Assembly: GCF_046119375.1 (NCBI RefSeq)
Contig: NW_027362761.1
Coordinates: 534,378,001 to 534,442,000, forward strand
From: Phyllobates terribilis
Lineage: Eukaryota
Length of the DNA stretch: 64,000 bases
Reading direction: 5' to 3'
Positions 36,295-48,620 of the stretch are shown here, in pieces (position 1 is the stretch's first letter; the number at the start of each line of letters is the position of its first letter). The notes beneath the pieces are model-generated. The model did not search any database and was not told the origin of the DNA. It worked only from the letters and a program-made list of their open reading frames with translations. Position numbers and translations under genes: made by a program.

Positions 36295-37287
36295 GGCAAA
36301 TGCGTATTTTGATCACTTCAATACTTTTTATACATGTTGTCCTACTCCAAGCTGCATAGGCTTGAGAGCCAACTACCAATTAAGTAAATCTGGTGATGTG
36401 CATCTCTGTAATGAGGAGGGGTGTTGACTAATGACATCAACACCCTATATAAGGTGTGCTTAATTATTAGGCAACTTCCTTTCCTTTGGCAAAATGGGTC
36501 AGAAGAGAGATTTGACGGGCTCTGAAAAGTCCAAAATTGTGAGATGTCTTGCAGAGGGATGCAGCAGTCTTGAAATTTCCAAACTTTTGAAGCGTGATCA
36601 CTGAACAATCAAGCGTTTCATGGCAAATAGCCAACAGGGTCGCAAGAAGCGTGTTGGCCAAAAAAGGCGCAAAATAACTGATATGAATTGAGGAAAATGA
36701 AGCGTGAAGCTGCCAAGATGCCATTCGCCACCAGTTTTGCCATATTTCAGAGCTGCAACGTTACTGGAGTATCAAAAAGCACAAGGTGTGCGATACTCAG
36801 GGACATGGCCAAGGTAAGGAAGGCTGAAAAACGACCACCTTTGAACAAGAAACATAAGATAAAACATCAAGAATGGGACAAGAAATATCTTAAGACTGTT
36901 TTTTCAAAGGTTTAATGGACTGATGAAATGAGAGTGACTCTTGATGGGCCAGATGGATGGGCCAGAGGCTGGATCAGTAAAGGGCAGAGAGCTCCACTCC
37001 GACTCAGACACCAGCAAGGTGGAGGTGGGGTACTGGTATGGGCGGGTATCATCAAAGATGAACTTGTGGGACCTTTTCGGGTTGAGGATGAAGTGAAGCT
37101 CAACTCCCAGACCTACTGCCAATTTTTGGAAGACAACTTCTTCAAGCAGTGGTACAGGAAGAAGTCGGTATCGTTCAAGAAAAACATGATTTTCAAGCAG
37201 GACAATGCTCCATCACATGCATCCAACTACTCTACAGCGTGGCTGGCCAGTAAAGGTCTAAAAGAAGAAAAAATAATGATAATGCCT
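36295..37287 (+). mobile_element. Tc1 fragment lacking both termini, inside L1 ORF2
   Basis: Transposase from ATG 36494 (MGQKRDLTGSEKSKIV...WTDEMRVTLDGPDG...QDNAPSH), cut before the SPDLNPIE motif; no TA-flanked TIR. Confidence 0.85.
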
Positions 37288-38491
37288 AGATATTTGAATT
37301 TTTGTACTACCTGTAATCCAAAAAAAAAAAAAAAAACGGTTTGGTTATGTTATCTATAAGTGGCATAACCACAGATTTGCTCCAATTGATTTTAAGGCCC
37401 GGTAATTCCTCAAAGTAATTAATAAGGTCAATTGCTCTTGGAAGGGATTGTTCTATTTTGTTTAGAGGATCAGGTCGTTTGCGTATAACCCCACTTTATC
37501 TATTCTAGAGTTTATACTAATGCCCTCCACAAGGTGGGCCTGCCTAATTTTAAGGGCAATAGGCTCTATTGCTAGAGCGAAGAGCATTGGGGATAAGGGG
37601 CAACCCTGTCTAGTTCCTCTACCCAGGTTAAAGTATTCCGATAGTATTCCATTTACTAGAATGTTAGCCCTTGGCACATAGTAGATCAATTTAATCCACC
37701 TACAAAATTTATCAGAAAACCCAAATTTCAGGAGCACACACTGTAGGAACGTCCACTCCAAGGAGTCAAAGGCTTTCACCGTATCTAAAGAAGCTATAGC
37801 CCAGGGTTTCTGATATTTATGTCCTATCTGTGTTAACACTTGAACTCTTCTAATATTAGATGAAGTAAACCTTCCCAGCCTAAAGTCAGATTAATCCTCA
37901 TGTATAATGCTTAATGTTACTATTTTTAATCTATTGGCTATGAGTTTCGTAAGTATTTTGTAATCTGTATTCAATAGGAATATGGGGCGATAAGAACTAC
38001 ATTCCTCAATTGGTTTACCTGGCTTGGAGGATCAATACTATATAGTAGCATTACAGAAGGATTGGGGAAGTGAGCGTCCCGAAAGTGCTTCAGAAAACGT
38101 TTGCAACAGAACTGGAGCTATCAGGTCTATGTATCTTTTATATAATTCTATAGGAATGCCATCGGGTCCCGGTGCCTTCCCATTAGATAAAGACATGGTT
38201 GCTTCCCTTATTTCTTCCAAAGTGATATCTCCATCCAGGAGTGTCCGATTTTCACAAGAGAGTTTAGGGAATTCTATTTGATTCAGGTATTCATCAATTT
38301 CCTCTATAGTGTGGTTGGATTGGGAGTTATAAAGTTCTCTATAGTATTCTTCAAATCTGCTTGCAATCTGATCTGATTTAAGCAGCGGGCTACCTTCCCT
38401 TGTGTTAATAGCCAGTATTGATGGGGACATCTGATTTTGTTGGACTATGTATGCTAAGAATTTACTTGATTGGTTACCCAGCTCAAAGTAA

Positions 38492-39116
38492 AGGCCCCGT
38501 CACACTTAGCGACGCTACAGCGATCCAGACAACGATACGACCTGTCAGGGATTGTTGCTGCGTCGCTATGTGATCGCTGGTGAGCTGTCAAACAGGCAGG
38601 CTCACCAGCGATCAGGGGAGCAGCGACATTGTGGAAAGAATCTTTCCACGATGTCCTGCTCCTGGTTACCAGTCTGCTGAAGCAGGAGCAGGCTGGTAAC
38701 CATGATAAAACGCGGGTTACTAGGGGCACACGCGCACCTAGTAACCCGCTGTTTATCATGGTTACCACTCTGCTACGGTGAGCAGGAGGTTACCGCTCAC
38801 CGTAGCAGAGTGGTAACCATGATAAACAGCGGGTTACTAAGTGCGCGTGTGCCCCTAGTAACCCGCTGTTTATCATGGTTACCAGCCTGATTGCTGGTCC
38901 CGCTGGTCACACACAGCGATGTGTGCTGATCAGAGGGAGGGCAAAGACCAAAAAATGGTCCAGGACATTTCACAGCGATCAGCGACCTCACAGCAGGGAC
39001 CTGATCGCTGCAAAGTGTCACACATAGCGACATCGCTGGTGAGGTCGCTGTTGTGTCACCAAAACCGTGACACAGCAGCGATCTCACTAGCGATCTCGCT
39101 ATGTGTGACGGTGGCT
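38492..39116. mobile_element. PIF/Harbinger-type palindromic MITE in L1 ORF2
   Basis: TIR AGGCCCCGTCACAC / GTGTGACGGTGGCT; 3-bp flanks TAA/TTA; removal restores the frame SKQT(Y/N)FELGNQSSKFL. Confidence 0.85.
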
Positions 39117-41045
39117 TTAGTTTGTTTTGAAAAGAAAAGTTTTCTCTGTGCTTTTTCCTGCAGATGGGTCAGGTATTCCCTCCCTTTCCCAAGCCAATTA
39201 TGTAAGGAATTATCTGAGGGATTGTTAATATATTCAGCTTCTAATAATTTGCATTCTTCGGCAAGCCTCTGCTCCTCAATAGACGATTCCCTTTTAATGT
39301 ATGAAATCGTTGATTTAACGCATCTCCTTATATATGCTTTAAGTGTGTCCCATACTATCAATCTGTCAGGGAAGTCCCCATGATCTGCTATAAATACTTC
39401 CACTTGATCTGGTATCCTATCATGTTCTTCTATAAGAGACAACCAAAACGGATGTATGCGAAACCTCTTGGGTCTATTAGGACCCCCCAAATGAAAAGAT
39501 GCTATCAGTGGAGTACGGTCCGATACCGTTCTAGGGGAATATTCAATTTTATTTAAATCCGAAAATGCAGCTTTGTTTCCAAATATATGATCAATTGTAG
39601 ATAAACATCGAACAGCAGGTGTATAGCAGGAGAATTCTCTCGAGTGGGTGCTGCTGCCTCCACAAACCAATCCAACCCACCTCTGTTATGAAAGTATGTA
39701 AAGCAGTGGTGTCCTGACTATCAGACCTAGTGTTTGCAGGGCTCATTTTTGTCCAAGTATGTATTAAGAATCATATTAAAGTCTCCCATACATAACATTT
39801 TAGTATCTGGGTACTGTGATACAAAAATCACTGCCTGTTGGAGTACATCCATTTTGGCTGGTGGTGGGTTGTATATGTTGAGTATTACATATGGCACCAT
39901 ATCTATAAATGCGTATACGAAAATAAATCTACCCTCTGAGTCTCTTTTGACAGTTTGAACTGACCATCTCACTGACTTATGCACAATGGTAACTACACCT
40001 CTAGAATAATTAGTATGTGTAGCGTCTTTGTGCCACTGTATCCAGGGTTTGTTCATTCTGGACACAGTGTCCGGGGTTAAATGGGTTTCCTGAAGGCATA
40101 TTATCTGTGCTTGAGATTTACGTATCTGGGAGAATACAATATTCCGTTTCTTGGCATTCCCCAATCCCCTAATGTTCCATGAGAGAAGTTTAAGTGACGC
40201 CATAAAGGTTCCATCTAAAATTTTGACCAAGGAAGTTATTCCCCTCAAGAGTGCATGCTTCAGTCATTTGTAGGCCATTTCTGAACAATGAATTAAGAGT
40301 GCAGTGCTCACATTCAATTAAAGTTACAATCAGATATAAAACAAGTGACCAGTAGTGGCCATAGAAATACAACTGGAGATGCCTATAAACTTTCAAAAAC
40401 TTAAGTACAGGCATGAATAGAAAATCCACCACCCCCCCTTTTTTTAAGATGAAAAAAAGGAATTATCCACTTTTCTATCCGAACCACTAATATCAAATTG
40501 CAATAAATTCAAAATATATACCTTAAATGATTCTGTATAAAGGCTACTAAAGGATTATTGGTCAGATAACCTGGTTTTTGCTAAACCCGAAGGGTAACCA
40601 AGTCCTTGGACCCGGGACTGAGGCACAAATACCCAAAGAAGTGGATACCTCGCCACCTTCCCAATAGGAATTTTTAATAATTTTTATCAGCCCTTTCCAA
40701 GATCATTAACATGAGGATATATAATCACAATCTGGACCCCACCCCTTTCAATATATACTTCGCCCCTCCCTCCTGGCTAATAAATTCAGGAAGAACAAAA
40801 CTTCTTTTGTTTAATCACAAAACTGCCCAACTCAATCTTATAGATGTAAATTCTGTTTTGTTTTGATAATTGGACATTAGACTAAATTCAGAGAGGTATT
40901 CTGATTAATCATTATGATAATTCTTCACAGATATAAACATAGAACATTTCAACAATATCCTGCAGGATTTAAACTGATGTCCTCTATCTGAATCAAATAA
41001 TTCAATATTAATACAATAAACTTTTCCTATCAACATGTACTATCA

Positions 41046-41930
41046 TTACTGCCTCTGACATCTCGCTCTCCTGGAAATCCACTCCTCCGCTTCCACAGGA
41101 TTCTGGAAGAAAGTTACCCTCTCGCCATCCACCACCCTTAGCCTGGCTGGATATGCCACAGAGTAGCTCACATTAGAACTTTTCAAACGTCTTTTAATCG
41201 ATATAAATGAGGCCCATCGTTTCTGTAAGCTGAAAAGGCTGGAAACAACATTACGGTGACACTTTCAAGTTTAATCACTTGGGCCTTCCGCGTCGATTGT
41301 ATAGTCTCTATCTTTCCAGTTAAGGAATCTGGCCAGTAGAGGTCTGGGAGGGGCCCCCGGAGGATTTGGTCTCCCAGGAACCCGGTGTGCCCTTTCCACA
41401 GCATATGCAGCAGAAAAGGTGGTATCTAGAAATAGGCTACGTATCCATTTTTCCACAAAGTCACTGGGGTTGTTTCCTTCTGCTCTTTCAGGAAAACCAA
41501 TTATACGGATGTTGTTTCGCCTCAGTCTATTCTCCAAATCATCATTCTTTTGTATACACAGTTCCATTTTATGTTTAATTTCTTGGATACGCTCTGGCAA
41601 AGGTGTTACTTGGTCCTCCAGATTCGAGATTCCATCCTCCGCCTGTTGGATTTTCTCTCCCAGATTTGACATATCATTGCGAAGTAGTCCCAGATCAGTT
41701 TTAACCTCCTCAATTTTCCCAGTCAGGGATGCTGTGCAGTCTTGAATAACAGACAGAAATTGTGTAGAGACCTGCTTCAGAGTAGGGTCTGAGTCCATAT
41801 CATCTGGTTCTTGTATTAATGGTGTCTCCCCTTGAGATATTTTTGAGGATCTCTGGGCTGTCACAGAGCTGTTCCCTCTGGCATAGGGTTTCAGTTTCTC
41901 AGCTGTGGACTGTTGTTTATTAGGACTCAT
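41046..41930 (-). pseudogene. L1 ORF1 (frameshifted near the 3' end)
   Basis: MSPNKQQSTAEKLK...coiled coil...DLENRLRRNNIRIIGFPE...VERAHRV...PRPLLARFLN...YPARLRV. Confidence 0.88.
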
Positions 41931-43773
41931 AGGACTCAAGTTATTTCCCCTGAGAGGCGTATGCAGTATAAGGGGCGAACTTGTAGTTGGCAATTTAATA
42001 TGTGTTTCAGGATATTGTCAGTGGTTCGAATATTAATATTTGGAAGATCATAGAATCATTTCTCCGCTAAGTCATACTGCAGAATATGGGCAGAAAGTGC
42101 GATTTCAAAGAGAGACAGTAGGTGGCGGTAGCACACTGCAGTGTCCAGGTCCTGTGTCTACACTTTTGCTCCTTCTCCTCCAGTTCAAATTTCATCTACA
42201 CACACACACACCAATGGCCTTTTATGAGTGATAATGCAGGGGAAGTCCTGAAGCTCAGATAAAGTAGAGGAGCCACTGGGAGTTGGTAGTATGCTGAGAG
42301 ATAACGGGGGGGGGGGGGATAATAGAAGGATTGTTTAGTCACTGGGGAGGTTACTCACCACGCAGAGTCTGCGGTGTAGTGCCCTCTAAATACAAGTTGA
42401 CGGCGGCGATCCGCCCGTACCCCTCCGCCAGTTGGTTCTTCACTTCCCTCCGATTCTCCTTTTCTCCGATGGGGAGGAGGTGTGTGTATGGGGGGGGGTC
42501 ACCGGCCAGCCGTCGCTCCCGCGACCGGAGCGCCGCTCCTCCACCACACCGCCGCAGGCTCCGCTGAACGTGGGTCACAGAGGGGAGCCGCAATTCAAGA
42601 TGGCACCTCTTCTCCTAGGCAGCACCAGACTCCGCGTCCCTCGCCGACACCTCACGCCCCAACCAGCAGGGCTGCCACCCAAGATGACCGATGGGCTGGC
42701 CCGGGACAGAAAACACAGCCGCCTCGCACGAGTCCAGGCACCGACACAGGATCCCCACGTCTCAGCACCGCGGGCTTCCGCCAAGACTCCACAGAAGGAC
42801 CCCGTCTGTCATAATACCTCGATCCGCGGCTGCAGGCCTCCGCACTGGAGAGGTAGGCAGGCGATGATACAGGGATGAGTGAGGGCCCTCTGGCAAGGCC
42901 GCAGTCACGAGGCGGGAGTAGGCCTCAATCCTTATCTTCGCCTAAATGAGGCCGATCCGGTCAAGAGGGGTCTCAGATGGTAGCTCACAGTTTGGAGAGT
43001 TATGTGTGGGCAAAAAGAGCCTAAGATGACTTAGAATGCAGAAGGATTGTTATAGATAGCTTGGCAGGGTCACAGAGCTTGAGCAAACACGTCCTGCTTC
43101 ATGGACTTCCAGCCAAGCCCCCCCCCCCAATAAAATCACTTTTATCCTGCGGATCTAGCAGTCCTCTGACTGCTGAGCTCTGTATAACACCGCCCACATC
43201 ACTGATTGGCTACGTTCTGTGTACACTGTGCATAGGCAGAAAGCTACCAATTAGTGCTGGACGGGATTATACAGAGCTCATGAATATGGAAGACTACATG
43301 ACAGCAGGCTTACTAGTCCTCTAGTGATAAAATCACTGTTGTACCAACAGGAGATTATCAAAACTATAGCAAGCAGCCCAGTAAGTAACAAATTGCTGGA
43401 ATCATGTGTATAAAGTAGTCTAGAGAGATAGCGGTCTGCTGAAATAACATTTGGTTGACAGCCATCTCTTGTATATGGCCAGGTTAATCCCTTACAGCTC
43501 CATGACAAACAGTGGCTTGCGAAAGTCTTCACATAACCCCACCCTGGCTTTTTACCTATTTTGTCACATTGCAAGCTGGGCTTAAAAATTTTTGTAATCT
43601 GATTTTTGTGTGATGCATCAGCACTAAGTAGTCTAAGTTGGTGAAGGGAGAAAAATCTAGGCATAAATTAAATTTATGGGATCAAATAACTAAAAATTGG
43701 CATGAGTATATGTATTCACCCCTTTTGCTATGAAGCCCCTAAAAATTTCTGGTGCAAGCAATTACCTTCATTA

Positions 43774-44638
43774 GGCTGAGTTCACACGATGCGTTTTTAA
43801 TGCGTTTCCGCGGCGGTTTTGCAGCTGCGTAAACGCCGCAGAAACGCATTAAAAACGCATGGTAGAAGGGCAGCAATGTTCCCCAATTGAAATCCGCATG
43901 TGCTGTGCCCATGATGCGGATTTTTCCGCAGCGTAAACGCTGCGCTCAAAAATCCGCAGCATGTCAATTAATTTTGCGTAAACGCGGCGTTTTCACCACC
44001 ATTGACTTGCATTAGAACGCGCCAATTCCGCAAGACTGCATTTGTACTTGCGTTATTGGCGCGTTCTAATATGCGGATGGTACCCGAGTGTGGAGAAGAT
44101 GAGACTCTCCTCCACACCCAATTACCATAAAAAAGCTGTAAAAAAAGAATAAAATAAAAAATAAATGTATACTTACCTTCTGTCGGCCCGCGCACCGCTC
44201 CTGCTTGGTTCCCGGCACTTTGCAGTGAGTTGAAGGACCTGTGCTGACGTCAGAGTCATGTGACGGGTCACGTGACGCTGACGTCGGCAGGTCTTTCAAT
44301 TCAATGTTGCCGGCAAGGGAGAACGGAATGTAAAGCAGGACACCGGGGGCCATCAGAGGGTAAAGTATACATTTATTTTTTATTTTTACCATTCTCTCGG
44401 GTCACACTATATAAATCCATGCTGTTTGCATGGATTTATATAGTGTAACCTACTTGTCACAAGCATTTTCCAAGTGATGCTAAAATCGCATGGAAAGCGC
44501 TTGTCAATCCGCATGCGGAAAAGCATGTGAATCCGCATGTATTCCGCAGGAAAAACGCATGTACAATCCGCATGCGTTTTTTCTGCCAGGGAGATGCAGA
44601 AATTTTCTGCTTCATTTCTGCATCGTGTGCACATACCC
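43774..44638. mobile_element. Harbinger-type MITE
   Basis: TTA|GGCTGAGTTCACACGATGC...GCATCGTGTGCACATACCC|TAA; rich in GCGGAA/CCGCA subrepeats. Confidence 0.8.
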
Positions 44639-44653
44639 TAAGTTACATACTTA

Positions 44654-45041
44654 GGCTATGTGCCCACGTTGCATTTATGAAGCAGAAAATTTCTGCTGCA
44701 TAAATGCAAGTCCTCTCCCGGAAAAACGCATGCGGAATTCCGCACGCGTTTATCGCGCATTTTTCGCGCGTTTATCACGCGTTTTCCACATGCGGAATTG
44801 CCTTGCGTTTTTTATGCATTGGACAAAGGCAATTCCGCTTGCGGAAACGCAAAATTAAATGACATGCTGCGGATTTTTGAACGCGGCATAAACGCTGCGG
44901 AAAAATCCGCAGCATGTGCATAGAACTTGCGGAATCCCATTGGGGACCATGGGGTGCGGATATACATGCGTTTTTCAAGTGTTTACGCTGCGGAAATTCC
45001 GCAGCATATACGCTTGAAAAATGCTACGTGGGCACACAGCC
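44654..45041. mobile_element. Harbinger-type MITE
   Basis: TTA|GGCTATGTGCCCACGT...ACGTGGGCACACAGCC|TTA. Confidence 0.85.
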
Positions 45042-46832
45042 TTAGTGAAAGGAAGTTCACCTGCGTGCAATCTAAGTGTCACATGGGCTGTCAGTATATA
45101 CACACCTTTTCTGAAAGGCTAAAGAGGCTGCAACAGCATTAAACAAGAGTCACCGCTAACCAAACACCATGAAGATGAAGGAGATCTCCAAACAAGACAG
45201 AGAGAAACTTGTTGAGAAGTACAAGTCAGGGTTGGGTTATAAAAAAAACTATCCCAATCCCTGTTGATCCCCTGGAGCACCATCAAATCCATTATCATCA
45301 AATGGAAAGAACATGGTAACACAACACACCTGCCAAGAGAGGACCACCCACCAAAAGCCCGGGCAAGGAGGGCATTAATCAGAGAGGCAGCACAGAGACC
45401 AAAAGTAACCCTGAACAAGATGCAGAGTTCGCAAGCAGAGACTGGAGTATCTGTCCATACAACCACAATAAGCCGTACACTCTATAGAGGTGGCCTTTAT
45501 GGAAGAGTGGGCAGAAAAAAAGCCTTTACTTACACACAAAAATTGTAAGGCTCGTTTTGAGTTTGCCAAAAGACATGTAGGAGACTCCCCAAATGTATGG
45601 AGGAAGGTGCTGTGGTCAGATGAGACAAAAATTGAACTTATTGGCGGCCACCAAAAGGTAAACACTGTGTCTAGAGCAAAACCAACACAGCTCATCACCC
45701 CAAGAACACCATCCCCACAGTGAAACATGGTGGTGACAGCATCATACTGTGGGGATGTTTTTTGCCAGCAGGGACAGGGAAGATGGCCAGAGTCGAGGGG
45801 AAGATGGATGGTGCGAAATACAGGGATATTCTTGAGCAAAACTGTTTCAGTCTGTCAGTGATTTGAGACTGGGACGGAGGTTAACCTTTCAACAAGACAG
45901 TGACTCAAAGCATACTGCTAAAGCAACACTCGAGTGGTTTAAAGTGAAACATGTAAATGTTTTGGAGTGGCCTAGTCAAAGCCAAGACCTTAATCCAATT
46001 GAGAATCTGTGGTCAGACTTGAAGATGGATCGTTTCCTCTGGTGAACAGCAAACGTAAAGGAGCTGGAGCAGTTTTGCCTTGAGAAATGGGCAAAAATCC
46101 CAGTGGCAAGATTTGGAAAGGTCAGAGAGACTTATCCAAAGTGACTTGCAGCTGTAAATGCTGCAAAAGGAGGCTCTACAAAGTACTGACTTTAGGGGGT
46201 TGAATAGTTAGGCACACTGAAGTTTTCAGTTATTTTGTCCTATTTGTTGTTTGCTTCACAATAAAAAGAAAACCAAATGTTTACAGTTGTAGGCATGTTC
46301 TTTACATCAACTGATGCAAACCCTCAAACAGTGAAATTCCAGGTTGTGAGGTAGGAAAACCCGAAAAATGCCAAAGGAAGAGGGGGGGGGGTTAATACTT
46401 CTGCAAACCACTGTACATAGGACAGGTGCCAGCCAGCACCGATCACTATTGTTTAACCACTTTAATTACACTGCCAGAAATATCCATGTCAGAATATGGC
46501 GACACGAAGTTTCCAAGCCACATGTAGAAAAAAAAAAAAAAAAAAAAAAAAACAACCTTAAAATGTTGGTTCCGCCATAATCACACCGATGTGAAGAATT
46601 ATATTACAAGGCAAAAAAAGTAATGTGGCAGAACAGTTTTTTTCCCAAAAAATTTCAGGAATTTTTCCCATTTTTTTCCAGTACACGACGTGGTAAAATA
46701 AATGGCGATAATCAAAACTACAACTCGTCCCGCAAACAACAAGCACTAGAGACAGGAAAATATAAAGCTCTGGCTCCAGGGGAGGAAAACACTAAAGTCA
46801 TAAAGGAAAACTAGTGTCTGGGATGTAAATCT

Positions 46833-48216
46833 GGAGGGGAGCAGACGCAGGACCCCGCTAGGGAGGGAGCAGACGCAGGACCCCGCTAGGGAGGGAGCAG
46901 ACGCAGGACCAAGCTACGGAGGGAGCAGACGCAGGACCAAGCTACGGAGGGAGCAGACGCAGGACCAAGCTACGGAGGGAGCAGACGCAGGACCAAGCTA
47001 CGGAGGGAGCAGACGCAGGACCAAGCTACGGAGGGAGCAGACGCAGGACCAAGCTACGGAGGGAGCAGACGCAGGACCAAGCTACGGAGGGAGCAGACGC
47101 AGGACCAAGCTACGGAGGGAGCAGACGCAGGACCAAGCTACGGAGGGAGCAGACGCAGGACCAAGCTACGGAGGGAGCAGACGCAGGACCAAGCTACGGA
47201 GGGAGCAGACGCAGGACCAAGCTACGGAGGGAGCAGACGCAGGACCAAGCTACGGAGGGAGCAGACGCAGGACCAAGCTACGGAGGGAGCAGACGCAGGA
47301 CCAAGCTACGGAGGGAGCAGACGCAGGACCAAGCTACGGAGGGAGCAGACGCAGGACCAAGCTACGGAGGGAGCAGACGCAGGACCAAGCTACGGAGGGA
47401 GCAGACGCAGGACCAAGCTACGGAGGGAGCAGACGCAGGACCAAGCTACGGAGGGAGCAGACGCAGGACCAAGCTACGGAGGGAGCAGACGCAGGACCCC
47501 GCTACGGAGGGAGCAGACGCAGGACCCCGCTACGGAGGGAGCAGACGCAGGACCCCGCTACGGAGGGAGCAGACGCAGGACCCCGCTACGGAGGGAGCAG
47601 ACGCAGGACCCCGCTACGGAGGGAGCAGACGCAGGACCCCGCTACGGAGGGAGCAGACGCAGGACCCCGCTACGGAGGGAGCAGACGCAGGACCCCGCTA
47701 CGGAGGGAGCAGACGCAGGACCCCGCTACGGAGGGAGCAGACGCAGGACCCCGCTACGGAGGGAGCAGACGCAGGACCCCGCTACGGAGGGAGCAGACGC
47801 AGGACCCCGCTACGGAGGGAGCAGACGCAGGACCCCGCTACGGAGGGAGCAGACGCAGGACCCCGCTACGGAGGGAGCAGACGCAGGACCCCGCTACGGA
47901 GGGAGCAGACGCAGGACCCCGCTACAGAGGGAGCAGACGCAGGACCCCGCTACAGAGGGAGCAGACGCAGGACCCCGCTACTGAGGGAGCAGACGCAGGA
48001 CCCCGCTACTGAGGGAGCAGACGCAGGACCCCGCTACTGAGGGAGCAGACGCAGGACCCCGCTACTGAGGGAGCAGACGCAGGACCCCGCTACTGAGGGA
48101 GCAGACGCAGGACCCCGCTACTGAGGGAGCAGACGCAGGACCCCGCTACTGAGGGAGCAGACGCAGGACCCCGCTACTGAGGGAGCAGACGCAGGACCCC
48201 GCTACTGAGGGAGCAG
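46833..48216. repeat. 28-bp GC-rich minisatellite, ~49 copies
   Basis: Unit GGAGGGAGCAGACGCAGGACC(AA/CC)GCTAC; variants occur in ordered blocks. Confidence 0.97.
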
Positions 48217-48451
48217 CCCCTCTGCTCTGCTATTGGTGCCTAATGAAAGGTCCCATACATATCCGATATCTGTCTTCCGACCACCAGAGAACAATGCGAC
48301 CTCCTTGAATACAATAGGGATTAATAACAAGGATATGGTCAGGATCCTCCCCAGCCATTCCCTGTGCAGGGAAGAAGATGACGGGTCAGACTGGATCCTA
48401 CGCCCGCAGACACTTACGGCTGTTATGTGACCCTATGTACTAAGAACTCAC

Positions 48452-48620
48452 CACACACACGACGTCCCCATCACACCCGTGACGTCACGACAAATCCACG
48501 AGCACCCAGCGCCGCTGACGTCACGGAACTTGGTCTCCAACACAGTCTTGCCACCACATGTGATATTAACAGCCATTTTCTTCCTGTCCGCACTAAAGCG
48601 GCCATTTTGTTGTAGTCCAA
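48452..48620 (-). other. Candidate non-coding first exon of DHX29 (5' end approximate)
   Basis: Consensus donor GTG|GTGAGT at 48451; a matching acceptor GTGTAG| lies 24 nt upstream of the DHX29 ATG (34495). Inference only. Confidence 0.5.

Larger units (their letters stand above)
36017..40203 (-). pseudogene. L1 ORF2 (APE endonuclease-RT), fragmented
   Basis: LSWNIRGL, CLQETH, GDFN, IDHI, KAPGPDG, KAFDS, GTRQGCPLSP, YAND (YADD broken) and C-terminal DFWHLIWNC; stops, frameshifts and insertions throughout. Confidence 0.9.
35399..43128 (-). mobile_element. L1-clade LINE, 5'-intact but inactivated, inserted into a palindromic TTAA MITE (35277-43415)
   Basis: G-rich 5' end at 43128; ORF1; EN-RT ORF2; AATAAA plus poly(A) at about 35400-35420; TSD ATAAA(A)TCACTTT on both sides; host MITE arms resume on each side. 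Confidence 0.92.
43510..46413 (+). mobile_element. Full-length degenerate Tc1 with two MITE insertions
   Basis: CAGTGGCTTGCGAAAG...CTGCAAACCACTG|TA; transposase 45169-46189 ([28 protein letters not shown]) with frameshifts. Confidence 0.92.

Noticed and set aside
42351-42878. Possible extra L1 ORF0-like ORFs
   Set aside because: GC-rich UTR with non-ATG starts on both strands; no motif support.
46833-48216. CRISPR-like reading of the 28-bp repeats
   Set aside because: There are no unique spacers, the repeats are directly tandem, the genome is eukaryotic and no cas genes are present.
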